Shown: in pieces, positions 1 to 9,368 of the stretch
Layout: the number at the start of each line of letters is the position of its first letter
Numbering within the stretch: position 1 is the first letter of the stretch
Assembly: GCA_016703425.1 (NCBI GenBank)
Contig: JADJCA010000011.1
Span: forward strand, 1-58,049
Source: Myxococcales bacterium
Lineage (GTDB): Bacteria > Myxococcota_A > Polyangia > Polyangiales > Polyangiaceae
Reading direction: 5' to 3'
DNA: 58,049 nt
Notes under the pieces: model-generated
The model's input: only the letters and a program-made list of their open reading frames with translations
Databases searched by the model: none
What the model was told of the DNA's origin: nothing
Made by a program: the position numbers and the translations under genes

Positions 1-236
1 ACGTTCTTGTTGCCGAAGAGCATGAGCCCCGCCACGAGCTGGCAGCCTCCGCCGAAGAGCAAGCTGAAGACGGCCGCCGTCTTGAGCGCCGCCGTGAAGT
101 GTGCCGGCGCGACCCAACCAGCGAAGGCGATGGGCAGGAGCGCCTCCGCAAGCGATCGCGAGGCCGAGCAGACCGAGCGGAGTCGGGTTGCCAAAACGCC
201 TTGAGTGGGCGGAACGATGTCGATGCGCTGGACCAT
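1..236 (-). CDS. 5'-partial CDS (N-terminus in window, body continues past window start). Predicted membrane protein, possibly a transporter.
   Basis: Reverse-complement translation from the ATG whose complement lies at 236..234 gives MVQRIDIVPPTQGVLATRLRSVCS...LLPIAFAGWVAPAHFTAALKTAAVFSLLFGGGCQLVAGLMLFGNKN. This is hydrophobic and helix-like. It is divergent from the ABC-F gene. It is not in the ORF track because no stop falls inside the window. Confidence 0.35.
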   Translation of the reverse strand, partial: MVQRIDIVPPTQGVLATRLRSVCSASRSLAEALLPIAFAGWVAPAHFTAALKTAAVFSLLFGGGCQLVAGLMLFGNKN

Positions 237-349
237 GGCAAAAGGGGAATCGGCGAGGGGCGCGGCGTCAAGGCTCTCATGTTGCAGCGCAACAACTACC
301 GCCCGTTTCGCGCCTTCCAGCTCGCGCAATCTCTGAGCGCCGCACTAAG

Positions 350-2270
350 GTGCGCGCCGTGCCGGTTCTTTCTGCCCGCGACGTCGAGAAGTTCTACGGC
401 GCGCGAACCGTCCTCAAGTCCGTGACGTTCACGCTTCGGAGCGGCGAGCGCGTTGGGCTCTATTGGCAGAAACGGCACCGGCAAGTCGACGCTCATCGCA
501 TCCTCGCGGGCCTCGAGCCGCCCGATCGTGGCGAAATCGCCGTGCGTCGTGGCGCCAGCGTCGGCCTCTTGGAGCAAGTGCCGGAGCTTACCGCCGGCGA
601 CGCCGCGCCGGATCGTCGCCGAAGGCCTCGCCGCCTGGGCGAAGGTCCGCGCCGCTTACCGAGGTCACGCGCCAAGCTCGAGGGCGCCACCGGCGATCAC
701 GACGCTCCTCGCCGAGCAAGCGAAGTGGGCCACGAGATCGAAGGCCTCGGCGGCTGGGAGCGCGAGCACGAGGTCGAGGCGGTCTTGGGCAACCTCGGCG
801 TCACCAAGACATCGACCGCGACATCGCGAGCATGAGCGGCGGTGAGCGGAGGCGCGTGGCCCTGGCGCGGCTCCTCGTGGCCTCACCGGATCTCGCCATC
901 CTCGACGAGCCGACCAACCACCTCGACGTCGAGACCATCGACTGGCTCGAGGAGCACCTCGAGAAGCGCACCGAGGCGCGGTCTTGCTCGTGACCCACGA
1001 TCGGTATCTCCTCGATCGCGTCTGCTCGCGAACGCTCGAAATCAACGACGGGACGGTCACCGCGTACGACGGCGGCTACGAGACCTTCCCACGCGAGGTG
1101 GTGAGCGCATGGCGCTCGAGGAGCGCACCGAGGCGAACCGGCAGAATTTCCTTCGTCGTGAGCTCGAGTGGCTCGCGCGGCAGCCCAAAGCGCGAACCAC
1201 GAAGCAGAAGGCGCGCATCGAGCGGGCCGAGACGGCGAAGGCCGCGGTACTCGCAAGAAGGACGGAGAGCGTTCAGCTCGCCATCGAAGAGGCCCGCAGC
1301 GGCAAGACGGTCCTCGAACTCCACGGCTTCGGCCTCGACATCGGCGGCCAACGCCTCATCGAGTCGCTGGACCTCTTCCTCACGGAAGGCGAGCGCGTCG
1401 CCATCGTCGGGCGCAACGGCACGGGAAAGACGAGCCTCCTCCGCGCCGTCGTCGGCGAGCTCGCCGCCACGCGCGGCCGGTTGGTGCAGGGCGCCAACAC
1501 CAAGGTCGCCTACTTCGACCAAGAGCGAACCGGCCTCGACCTCGACAAAACCGTCTTTGAAAACGTGAGCGAAGGCGGTGCCGTCGAGATCGGCGGCGTC
1601 AGGCTCGAGCCCCGCGCCTACCTCGAGCGTTTCCTCTTCGACGGCCACGCGCAGCGGCAAAAGGTCGCGTCGCTCTCCGGCGGCGAGCGCGCGAGCCGCT
1701 TTGGCGAAGACGCTGCAAGGCAAGACGAACCTGGTGCTCTTGGACGAGCCGACCAACGATCTCGACGTCGACACGCTGGCCGCGCTCGAGGAGATGCTCG
1801 TGAGCTTCGGCGGCTCGGCCATCGTCGTCACCCACGATCGCTTCTTCCTCGATCGCATCGCGACCTCGCTCCTCGTCTTCGAGGGCGATGGCAAGGTCAC
1901 GCGGTACCCGGGCAACTACGAGACGTACCGGCGCCTCAAGAAGGAGCAGGCGGCCGAGGGCGAACGCGACGCAAAGGCGGAAGCCAAGGCGAGCGTGGCG
2001 CCGAAGGCCTCGGCCAAGGCCGACGCCCCGGAGGCGAAGGCCGCGAAGAGCAAGCTCTCTTACAAGGAGCGAAGCGAGCTCGAAACCCTTCCGGCGCGCA
2101 TCGAGACCGAGGAGCGCGAGATGGGCGCTCTCGAAACGACGCTGTCCGATCCGAACCTCTACAAGGAAGGGCCCGAGCGCCTTCGCGAGCTCACGGCCTC
2201 GCTAGAGGCGAAGAAGAAGCTCGTGGCCGAGCTCTACGTGCGATGGGAAGCCCTCGAAGCGAAGGGCTGA
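350..2270 (+). pseudogene. ABC-F family ATPase (Uup/EttA-like, two ABC cassettes plus C-terminal coiled-coil arm) disrupted by multiple frameshifts
   Basis: Two Walker A motifs ([10 protein letters not shown] near 470 and [13 protein letters not shown] near 1400), two signature motifs ([21 protein letters not shown]) and two Walker B/D-loops ([20 protein letters not shown]) appear across frames 101..835, 453..845, 463..993, 984..1568, 842..2422 and 1578..2270. The reading frame switches at least six times (about 463, 497, 600, 840, 990, 1110, 1690). A GTG at 350 is preceded by an AAGG Shine-Dalgarno-like sequence. The stop is TGA at 2268. Confidence 0.8.
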
Positions 2271-2301
2271 GCAGGTTCCCCTCGAGGATCGGCCCCGTGC
2301 G

Positions 2302-3105
2302 TCAGGGCATCGCTGCAATGATGGGGCGCGCGTCGAGCTTCATCACGCCGTCTTCGCTAAACGATTGGTCGAGGGGAAAGACACTGCTCACGACTCCGCG
2401 CGAGTCCGACGGGTTGCTTTGATTCACAAAGACGTCGATGTAGTGCCACGTGTCGCCCATTCGTGTGAAGGCAACGGACACCGTTGCCGAGCCCGTCGGT
2501 TTCGTAAGGGACGAATCAACCGTCTGGTCCAGCTTCAGCGCAGAGATGAGCGCTGATGGGCGTGGGCCGAGGTCCTTCACCTGTTCACGCGACAGTTCGG
2601 TCAGCACGACGCCGCCGAAGGGCGCCACCACGTCACCCCAAGTACGGGGCTCCGCCGCAACACTCGCGACGACGGACTCGTCGACAGCGACGTCGACCTG
2701 ACCGATGACGTAACGAGCAACGGTCTTCCCCTGCGCGGTGCGCCGGGGCTGCCCAATAGACTTGAGCACACCTCTGCCGCATCGGAACGTGAGTTGGGCG
2801 ATGTGGCTTATGTCCGGACCGTCGAAGTTGATCGACTTGCTTTCGGCCGCGCAGGCGGGAGCCGGGCCGGTCGCGATTTGAATGGCGCCGAAGAGCTTCT
2901 TCAGCTTTCGGTCGAGTCCCACACCGACGGCATCGGAGCCGGGTGTCGATACGGTCGCCCCCGCAGCGGTGCCGAGCGCCTTCTGCAGTTCGGCGTTCGC
3001 CGCACTCACCTGCAGCTCGCCTTGATCGGTCTCCGAGGCATCCTCCGTCGGCCCTGAGGAACACGCCGCCAAGAGCCCGACACACACAACCATGAGCTTC
3101 TTCAT
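2302..3105 (-). CDS. lipoprotein, function unknown
   Basis: ORF 2302..3192 has an internal Met at 3105 starting MKKLMVVCVGLLAACSSG, a signal peptide with an LAAC lipobox. The mature protein is Ser/Thr/Gly-rich with no motif I recognise. Confidence 0.55.
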   Translation of the reverse strand: MKKLMVVCVGLLAACSSGPTEDASETDQGELQVSAANAELQKALGTAAGATVSTPGSDAVGVGLDRKLKKLFGAIQIATGPAPACAAESKSINFDGPDISHIAQLTFRCGRGVLKSIGQPRRTAQGKTVARYVIGQVDVAVDESVVASVAAEPRTWGDVVAPFGGVVLTELSREQVKDLGPRPSALISALKLDQTVDSSLTKPTGSATVSVAFTRMGDTWHYIDVFVNQSNPSDSRGVVSSVFPLDQSFSEDGVMKLDARPIIAAMP

Positions 3106-3385
3106 GACCGACGCGTTCAGCAAGCGCGGTGCCGCAGGCCCACGTGCCTCGTCTCGCGGAGTTGCCTTCCCGCCTCGCAGCGCGATGCACACTCCGCGAT
3201 CTCACGCTGAGGGTCGGCGCTCTATTCGCGCACCCTATCGTGCCGAATTCACGCAAGAAACTTCCCCTCTCGATGCAGCTGGTCGGCGGGCCGGGAACGA
3301 TTTCGGCGAGCCGTGGCGCGCCTCGGCGGCGCACGCTGCCACGATGCTTGACGAGCGTTCCCCGAGCCCGTGCCGCCAAAGGGCG

Positions 3386-3679
3386 CGTCAAGCCTCGTCG
3401 TAAAATGCGCGGATCTCGGCCTCGTACTTCTTGTAGATGACCTTGCGCTTGATCTTCATCGTCGGCGTGAAGCTCGCCCGTCTCGACGCTCAGCTCTGCG
3501 GGAGGATCTTGATCTTCTTGATGGCCTGCACGCGCGCGAGGTCGCGATTCACCGCGTTGATCTCGCCCTGTAGCCAGCGGTGGAGCTTCTCGCACTTCGC
3601 CGCTTCGGGGAGCGTCTTGGCGTCGGAGCCGGCCCGCGAGCGAGCCTTTTTGAGCTTCGTAAGATCGATGGTGAGGAGC
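3386..3679 (-). pseudogene. diverged copy of the fadD 3' end (C-terminal ~98 codons), matching 6581..6874
   Basis: Direct nucleotide comparison: 3386..3679 aligns with 6581..6874 at roughly 90–95% identity, with substitutions and 1-nt indels. Example: gtgaagctcgcccg here versus gtgagctcacccg in the original. The fadD stop complement tca is kept at 3388..3390. The translated fragment is ORF 3490..3702 (-), ...TIDLTKLKKARSRAGSDAKTLPEAAKCEKLHRWLQGEINAVNRDLARVQAIKKIKILP. Confidence 0.8.
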
Positions 3680-4057
3680 AAGGTCACGCGGTACCCGGGC
3701 AACTACGAGACGTACCGGCGCCTCAAGAAGGAGCAGGCGGCCGAGGGCGAACGCGACGCAAAGGCGGAAGCCAAGGCGAGCGTGGCGCCGAAGGCCTCGG
3801 CCAAGGCCGACGCCCCGGGAGGCGAAGGCCGCGAAGAGCAAGCTCTCTTACAAGGAGCGAAGCGAGCTCGAAACCGCTTCCGGCGCGCATCGAGACCGAG
3901 GAGCGCGAGATGGCGCTCTCGAAACGACGCTGTCCGATCCGAACCTCTACAAGGAAGGGCCCGAGCGCCTCCGCGAGCTCACGGCCTCGCTAGAGGCGAA
4001 GAAGAAGCTCGTGGCCGAACTCTACGTGCGCTGGGAAGCGCTCGAGGCGAAGGGCTG
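3680..4057 (+). pseudogene. diverged copy of the ABC-F 3' end (C-terminal ~125 codons), matching 1893..2270
   Basis: 3680..4057 aligns with 1893..2270 (VTRYPGNYETYRRLKKEQAAEGERDAKAEAKASVAPKASAKADAP...LVAELYVRWEALEAKG, stop TGA at 4055..4057). It differs by several substitutions and by indels in G/C homopolymers. The join to the fadD fragment is at gaggagc|aaggtcac, a microhomology. Confidence 0.8.
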
Positions 4058-4099
4058 ACGTGCCGGGGTTGACGTGCCGGGGTTGACGCGCCGGGGCTG
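4058..4099. repeat. 14-bp tandem repeat x3 (cgtgccggggttga / cgtgccggggttga / cgcgccggggctga) directly after the copied ABC-F stop codon
   Basis: Read directly. The unit resembles the end of the ABC-F gene (gaagggctga), so the repeat looks like slippage at the copied gene end. Confidence 0.8.
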
Positions 4100-4290
4100 A
4101 CGCGACGATGCAGAAGGACTTGGCCCGGGAATTCGCTGGCGCTGGCGACTTCGCAGGTGGTGGCGGTGGCTGTGGCCCGCTCGACGACTGTATGGTAGTC
4201 GGGTGCTGATGTGACGGAGCGGTACTTCGCCGGGCAAGTGGAGCGCCGGGTCGACCGGCCTGCCGCTACCAACCGCGGAGCTCTACCTCT

Positions 4291-5821
4291 GTGCCGGCGC
4301 CATCGACGACCTCGCTCCAGCCCGATGTACCGTTGCTGCAACGGCGCCTTCGGACCCTGTTCTGGACCTTCGCGACCTTCTCGTGGATTGCCGTCCTCGC
4401 GCACGCCGTTGTCGGCATGGCAGCGCCGGAGGTGGCCATTCCATTCGCGCGAATGTTCTTCCTGTCGAGCGTCTGCGTAAGTACCGGCGCCGCCGTGCTC
4501 CTACGCCGGCCACGCCCGTGACGACGGTCAACGCGCTCGACCTGGGAGTGACGCTGGTCGTCAGCGGCTGGGTGGCGGCGATGATGCTCTACCCGTTCGC
4601 GCGCAACGATGAGCTCTATCTGGCCTTGGCAGCCAACGGATTCTTCGCCATCGCGCGTTCGTTCTTCTTGCCCGCCTCTCCGCGGCGCACCGCCGCCCTG
4701 GCGACGCTCGGCGCCGTACCGCCGTTGGTGGCAACCCTGTACATCGCGGCCAACGACGCCGGGCGCTTGACGTTGCCGCGGGCGCCTTTCGTGGTGAACG
4801 TCGCGTTTGCGCTCCTCGTACCGGTCGTCCTCGCTTGGGTCGGCGCCACCGTCATCGCGGGGCTGTTCGCCGAGGTCCGCGCCGCGCGCCGCCTGGGGCA
4901 ATACACGCTCGATGGAGAAAAACAGGAGGGCGGCATGGGGGTCGTCCATCGGGCGCACCACGCGATGCGGCGGCCACGGCGGTCAAGTTGCTACCGGCGG
5001 AGAAGAGCAGCGAGGCCGCAGTGGCTGGCTTCGAGCGCGAAGTCCAGCTGACGGCGCAGCTGACGGGCCCTCACGTCGTCGCCATTTTCGACTACGGGCG
5101 CTCGGACGACGGCACGTTCTATTATGCGATGGAGTATCTCGATGGCCTCGACCTCGAGCGGCTGGTGGTCGGCTGGGGCCCGCAACCGCCGGCTCGCGTA
5201 GCTGGCATCTTGGCTCAAGTATGCGATGCCCTCGCGGAGGCGCACGCTCGCGGATTGGTCCATCGCGACATCAAGCCGGCGAACATCCTCTTGTGTGAGC
5301 GTGGAACGCGGTGCGATGTGGCGAAGGTTGTCGACTTCGGGCTCGTGCGGCACGTGGCCGCAGAGGATGGCGTCGTGGCCGGCACGCCGGGTTTTTTGGC
5401 GCCCGAGGCGCTTGCGGGGCCCAGCGAGCTCTCCGTCAGCGTCGATCTCTACGCCGTCGGCGCCGTGGCGTACTTTCTCCTCGCGGGGCGCTTGCCCTTC
5501 GAAGGCGACACAGCCGCCAAGCTCATCGAGGCTCAGCTACGCGAGCGTGCGCCGACGCTCTCGTCGCGTGGAATCTCCATCGATGCCGACCTCGAAGCGC
5601 TCGTGCTCCGATGCCTTGAGCGGGAGCCGGCGTTGCGCCCCGCGTCCGCGGCGGAGCTCGGAGCGCAGCTGTCCTCGCTGGTGGGCAAGCTCAGTCCGTG
5701 GGGGGAGCCGGATGCGCGCCAGTGGTGGAGCAGCTTCAGGCGCCAGCGCGCCGAGCGCCAAGAGTCCGACGTCGCCGACACGGCTCCCGTAGCCTCGACG
5801 CTGCTGATCGCACATCGATAG
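4291..5821 (+). CDS. Hanks-type Ser/Thr protein kinase with an N-terminal polytopic membrane domain (at least 2 frameshifts)
   Basis: Frames 4291..4521 and 4383..5051 encode about 5–6 hydrophobic helices (LFWTFATFSWIAVLAHAVV, LGVTLVVSGWVAAMMLYPF, FVVNVAFALLVPVVLAWVGATVIAGLF). They end in the glycine-rich loop GEKQEGGMGVVHRAHH. Frame 4835..5821 continues with AVKLLPAEK, HRDIKPANILL, DFGLV, GTPGFLAPE and stops at 5819. Frameshifts lie near 4495 and 4965. Confidence 0.75.
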
Positions 5822-5967
5822 CCACGGGCCGCGCACAAGGCGTCCTCGCTCCGGAACAGCTTCACAGTGTCGTCCCGTAGGCCGACGGTTATGCGGTTGT
5901 GCGGCACGCGCGCGGTGACCAACGCGGCGCGCTCCGTGTCTTCGGCGAATCGTGGGGGCGAGCCGCC

Positions 5968-6535
5968 TCAGCCGGACCATTCACCGGCGCCATAAAAGAC
6001 GAAGCCAGGGATGCCGCTCGCTTCTAGCGCATCCTTGACCTTCTCATGGACGACGATGGCGCTGGCGTTCTCCGCCAGACGAAACAGCAAGGCGCCGCCG
6101 GTCTTCGACTCGTCAATCACGAGCGATTCGAAGCCGAGATCGCCCGGTGACCCCGATCCGCCACCCAAGTACCGAGAGGCCACTAGGTCTGCGCAGGCCA
6201 CGAGCCCGACGATGTTGTAGGCCTTGTAGTCGCGGTATTCGGCGCCCGTGTCCGGGTTCTTGAGCACGGCGTCGAGGTATTGAATGTTGTCGACTCCGAC
6301 AACATTCCAGCGTTTTCGCCACATCGTCGCGCATCACCGGGATCGACTTCTCGTAGTACATGGGCTTGGGCTGGCCCTTGAACCGCGGGTTGAGCGTGTA
6401 GACGATGGGCGTTGGCACCGCCTCCGTGAGCGGGCGACCTTGGCGCCAGTTCCCCTCGATGCCGGGCCCGGTGGCGATCGGCATGATGGGGTGCCTGCCT
6501 TCGCCGACCATCACGTAATAGCTCACCGGGATCAC
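5968..6535 (-). CDS. polymorphic-toxin immunity-like protein (resembles Imm11/DUF1629), one frameshift
   Basis: The N-terminal part is in frame 6113..6535 (MIPVSYYVMVGEGRHPIMPIATGPGIEGNWRQGRPLTEAVPTPIVYTLNPRFKGQPKPMYYEKSIPV...). The C-terminal part is in frame 5968..6324 (...YLDAVLKNPDTGAEYRDYKAYNIVGLVACADLVASRYLGGGSGSPGDLGFESLVIDESKTGGALLFRLAENASAIVVHEKVKDALEASGIPGFVFYGAGEWSG). The tail pattern IDESK.GG.LFRL...VHEKVK..LE.SG..GF.F matches, from memory, the DUF1629/Imm11 family that is abundant in myxobacteria. The family name is unverified. Confidence 0.5.
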
Positions 6536-6582
6536 CCACCGCTCTCAGCGCTGCCCCTTGCCACGTCCACCAAGAGGCAGCG

Positions 6583-8367
6583 TCAAGCCTCGTCGTAAAA
6601 TGCGCGGATCTCGGCCTCGTACTTCTTGTAGATGACCTTGCGCTTGATCTTCATCGTCGGCGTGAGCTCACCCGTCTCGACGCTCAACTCGGCAGGAAGG
6701 ATCTTAATCTTCTTGATGGCCTGCACGCGCGCGAGGTCGCGATTCACCGCGTCGACCTCGCCCTGCAGCCAGCGGTGGAGCTTCTCGCACTTCGCCGCTT
6801 CGGGGAGCGTCTTGGCGTCGGAGCCGGCCCGCGAGCGAGCCTCCTCGAGCTTCGTAAGATCGATGGTGAGGAGCGCCGCGAGGTGCTTCTCGCGATCGCC
6901 GACGACGACGGCATGACCGACCACCGAGATGTCGCGGAGCTTTCCTTCGAGCACCTGCGGCGCGATGTTCTCGCCTCCGGCGGTGATGAGCAGATCCTTC
7001 TTTCGATCGGTGATCCGAAGGAAGCCCTCCTTGTCGAACTCCCCGATGTCGCCCGAATGAAGCCAGCCGTCGGCGTCGAGCGCCTCGGCGGTGGCCTCCG
7101 GGTTCTTGTAGTAGCCCTTGAAGACGTGGCGACCGCGCATGCAGATTTCGCCGTCTTCGGCGATCTTGGTCTCCGTGCCGGGAATGACCGTCCCCACGGA
7201 GCCGGTCTTGTAGCGATTGGGGAGCGACACCGTCGCGGGGCCCGTGCACTCGCTCATGCCGTAGACCTCCATGAGCGGAATGCCGAGGCTCAGGAAGAAC
7301 TCGAGGGTGCCCCGCGAGATGGGCGCCGCCGACGTGATGGCGAAGCGACACCGATCGAGGCCGAGCGCTACACGCACCTTCTTGAAGACGAGGGCGTTGG
7401 CCACCTCGTACAACATGGGGCGGGCCGTGCCGCCTTGATCGGCGTAACCGCCGGCCAAACCTTGCTTGCGCGCCCAGACCGCGATCTTCTTCTTGAGGCC
7501 CGTGTTCTTGGACCCCGCCTCGACCATCTTGGCCTGGATCTTCTCCCAGACGCGGGGCACGCCGAAGAAGATCGTGGGGTGCACCTCGCGGAGGTTTTCG
7601 CCGAGCTTTTCCATGCTCTCTGCGAAATACGTGCACCCTGCAGCCGCCATGGGCCCGTGGATGCTCACGACCTGCTCGGCGATGTGGCTGAGGGGCAAAT
7701 ACGAGAGGAACGTCTCCTCGGAGAAGTCGATGAGGGTCTTCACCGCCTCGGCCACGAAGGTGATGTTGTCGTGGCTGATCATCACCGCCTTCGGATCGCC
7801 CGTCGTGCCGGAGGTGTAGATGAGCGTGCAGACGTCATCGGGCTTTTGGCCGGCGATGCGCGCTTCGAGATCCGCTTCGGGTACGTCGCGGCCGAGCTCG
7901 AGCACCTGGTCGAAGGTGTAGACGCCCTCGCCTTCGACTTTGCCCTGCATGACGACGAACGCCTTGACCTTCGGCAGACGGTCTCTGACCGAGAGGAACT
8001 TGTTGAGCTGCGCCTGGTCCTCGACGACGACCACGGCCGAGTCGCTGTGGTCGGCGATGTATTGGCACTGATCGGGGGTGTTGGTCGTGTAGATGTTCGC
8101 CGGGAAGCCGCCGGCGTAGATCGCCGCCAGATCGGCCACGACCCACGCGACGCAGTTGAAACCGATGATAGAGACGCCCTGCTTCGGCTCGAGGCCGAGC
8201 TTCATGAAGCCGCGCGCGCAGAGCCGGACCTTGTCGCGGTAGTCCTTCCACGAGAGCGTTTGGTAGGTGCCGCCGACCTTGTGGCCGAGCGCTGGCCTCG
8301 AGGCGTGACGCGACGCCACAGACTCCATCACCTCCATCACCGTTCGCTTGTTCACGTTCGCCTCCAC
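6583..8367 (-). CDS. fadD: long-chain fatty-acid--CoA ligase (AMP-binding/ANL superfamily)
   Basis: 594-aa intact ORF. AMP-binding motif YTSGTTGDPKAVMISHDN, YGMSECTG, the GWLHSGDIGEFDKEGFLRITDRKKDLL linker, and the C-terminal ...IKRKVIYKKYEAEIRAFYDEA typical of FadD/FACS enzymes. Confidence 0.9.
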   Translation of the reverse strand: MEANVNKRTVMEVMESVASRHASRPALGHKVGGTYQTLSWKDYRDKVRLCARGFMKLGLEPKQGVSIIGFNCVAWVVADLAAIYAGGFPANIYTTNTPDQCQYIADHSDSAVVVVEDQAQLNKFLSVRDRLPKVKAFVVMQGKVEGEGVYTFDQVLELGRDVPEADLEARIAGQKPDDVCTLIYTSGTTGDPKAVMISHDNITFVAEAVKTLIDFSEETFLSYLPLSHIAEQVVSIHGPMAAAGCTYFAESMEKLGENLREVHPTIFFGVPRVWEKIQAKMVEAGSKNTGLKKKIAVWARKQGLAGGYADQGGTARPMLYEVANALVFKKVRVALGLDRCRFAITSAAPISRGTLEFFLSLGIPLMEVYGMSECTGPATVSLPNRYKTGSVGTVIPGTETKIAEDGEICMRGRHVFKGYYKNPEATAEALDADGWLHSGDIGEFDKEGFLRITDRKKDLLITAGGENIAPQVLEGKLRDISVVGHAVVVGDREKHLAALLTIDLTKLEEARSRAGSDAKTLPEAAKCEKLHRWLQGEVDAVNRDLARVQAIKKIKILPAELSVETGELTPTMKIKRKVIYKKYEAEIRAFYDEA

Positions 8368-8456
8368 TCCCGTTCCCGTTCGATCGCGCCGCGAAGGCGG
8401 CAGCGGATTGTCTCTATTGCTGGCGGGAGCGCAAGGGGCGCGCCGCCGAGCCTTCG

Positions 8457-9299
8457 TCAGCCGCGCCGCATCTTCGCGGCCATCTGCTCGCCCAGCTGAG
8501 CCGCGCGGAGGCTGGCCGTTTCAACGGCGTCGATGAGCGTCTTGCGTAGCGCTCCCGATTCGAGCGTGTGAAGGCCTGCGATGGCCGTCCCGCCGGGGCT
8601 CGTCACTTGGTCCTTCAGCCGCCCGGGATGTTCGCCGGTCTCGAGCAAGAGCTTGGCCGAGCCGTAGACGGTCTGCGCCGCGAGCATGAGCGACGTGTCG
8701 CGGTGAAGGCCCATCTTGACGCCGCCGTCGGCGAGCGCCTCGATGATGAGCATGACGTAGGCGGGGCCCGAGCCCGAGAGACCGGTGACGGCGTCGAGAA
8801 GCACCTCGTCCAGGATCGCTGTCTTTCCCACCGCGGCGAAGAGCTGACTGGCCGTGGTCATGTCGGAATCGGTGGCGTGCGTCCCTGCCGAGAGGGCCGT
8901 GGCCCCCGCGAGGACGATGGCCGGCGTGTTAGGCATGGCGCGCACGACATGCACGCCGTCGGCGAGCCGCGACTCGAGCGACTCAATGGGAACGCCCGCT
9001 GCGACGGACACCACGAGGGTCTTGGTGGAGACGTCTTTGCCAATGGCGAGGAGCGCCTTGTCGACGACCTGCGGTTTGACGGCGATCACGAGCACGTCGA
9101 CGGACTTCGCCAGCTCGTGGTTGTCGGTGGTGACGCCAACGCCGTGGGCGCTCGCGAGCGCATCGAGACGCTCGCGCTTCACGTCGCTGACGACGATGTG
9201 CTCAGGGCCGACGAGCTTCGATTGAAGGAGGCCCTTCACGAGCGCCGCGGCCATGTTGCCACCACCCAAAAACCCGATCGTCTTCGGCCAGCCCTGCAT
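8457..9299 (-). CDS. proC: pyrroline-5-carboxylate reductase
   Basis: 280 aa. N-terminal Rossmann motif IGFLGGGNMAAALVKGL, then ...VRAMPNTPA... and ...GLSGSGPAY..., which are ProC hallmarks. Confidence 0.9.
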   Translation of the reverse strand: MQGWPKTIGFLGGGNMAAALVKGLLQSKLVGPEHIVVSDVKRERLDALASAHGVGVTTDNHELAKSVDVLVIAVKPQVVDKALLAIGKDVSTKTLVVSVAAGVPIESLESRLADGVHVVRAMPNTPAIVLAGATALSAGTHATDSDMTTASQLFAAVGKTAILDEVLLDAVTGLSGSGPAYVMLIIEALADGGVKMGLHRDTSLMLAAQTVYGSAKLLLETGEHPGRLKDQVTSPGGTAIAGLHTLESGALRKTLIDAVETASLRAAQLGEQMAAKMRRG

Positions 9300-9368
9300 A
9301 ACGCGCGAGTCTACTCCCCGGCGTGCCGAGAAGTTGGCCGAATCGGCCCGTTTTGCGAGGGGTAGAGG

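Noticed and set aside
3386-4057. Assembly artefact (collapsed or duplicated contig end) as the explanation for the copied fadD/ABC-F segments
   Set aside because: Not fully excluded. The copies differ from their sources by multiple substitutions and indels, and the join shows microhomology, which argues for a real, older duplication. It is kept as a finding with a read-mapping check.
4058-4099. Possible CRISPR array
   Set aside because: Only three 14-bp units, directly abutting one another with no spacers. This is a simple tandem repeat, not a CRISPR.
6775-8499. 574-aa ORF on the plus strand
   Set aside because: It lies entirely antisense to the intact fadD gene. Its Arg/Ala/Gly-rich, low-complexity translation is typical of spurious antisense ORFs in ~70% GC DNA.
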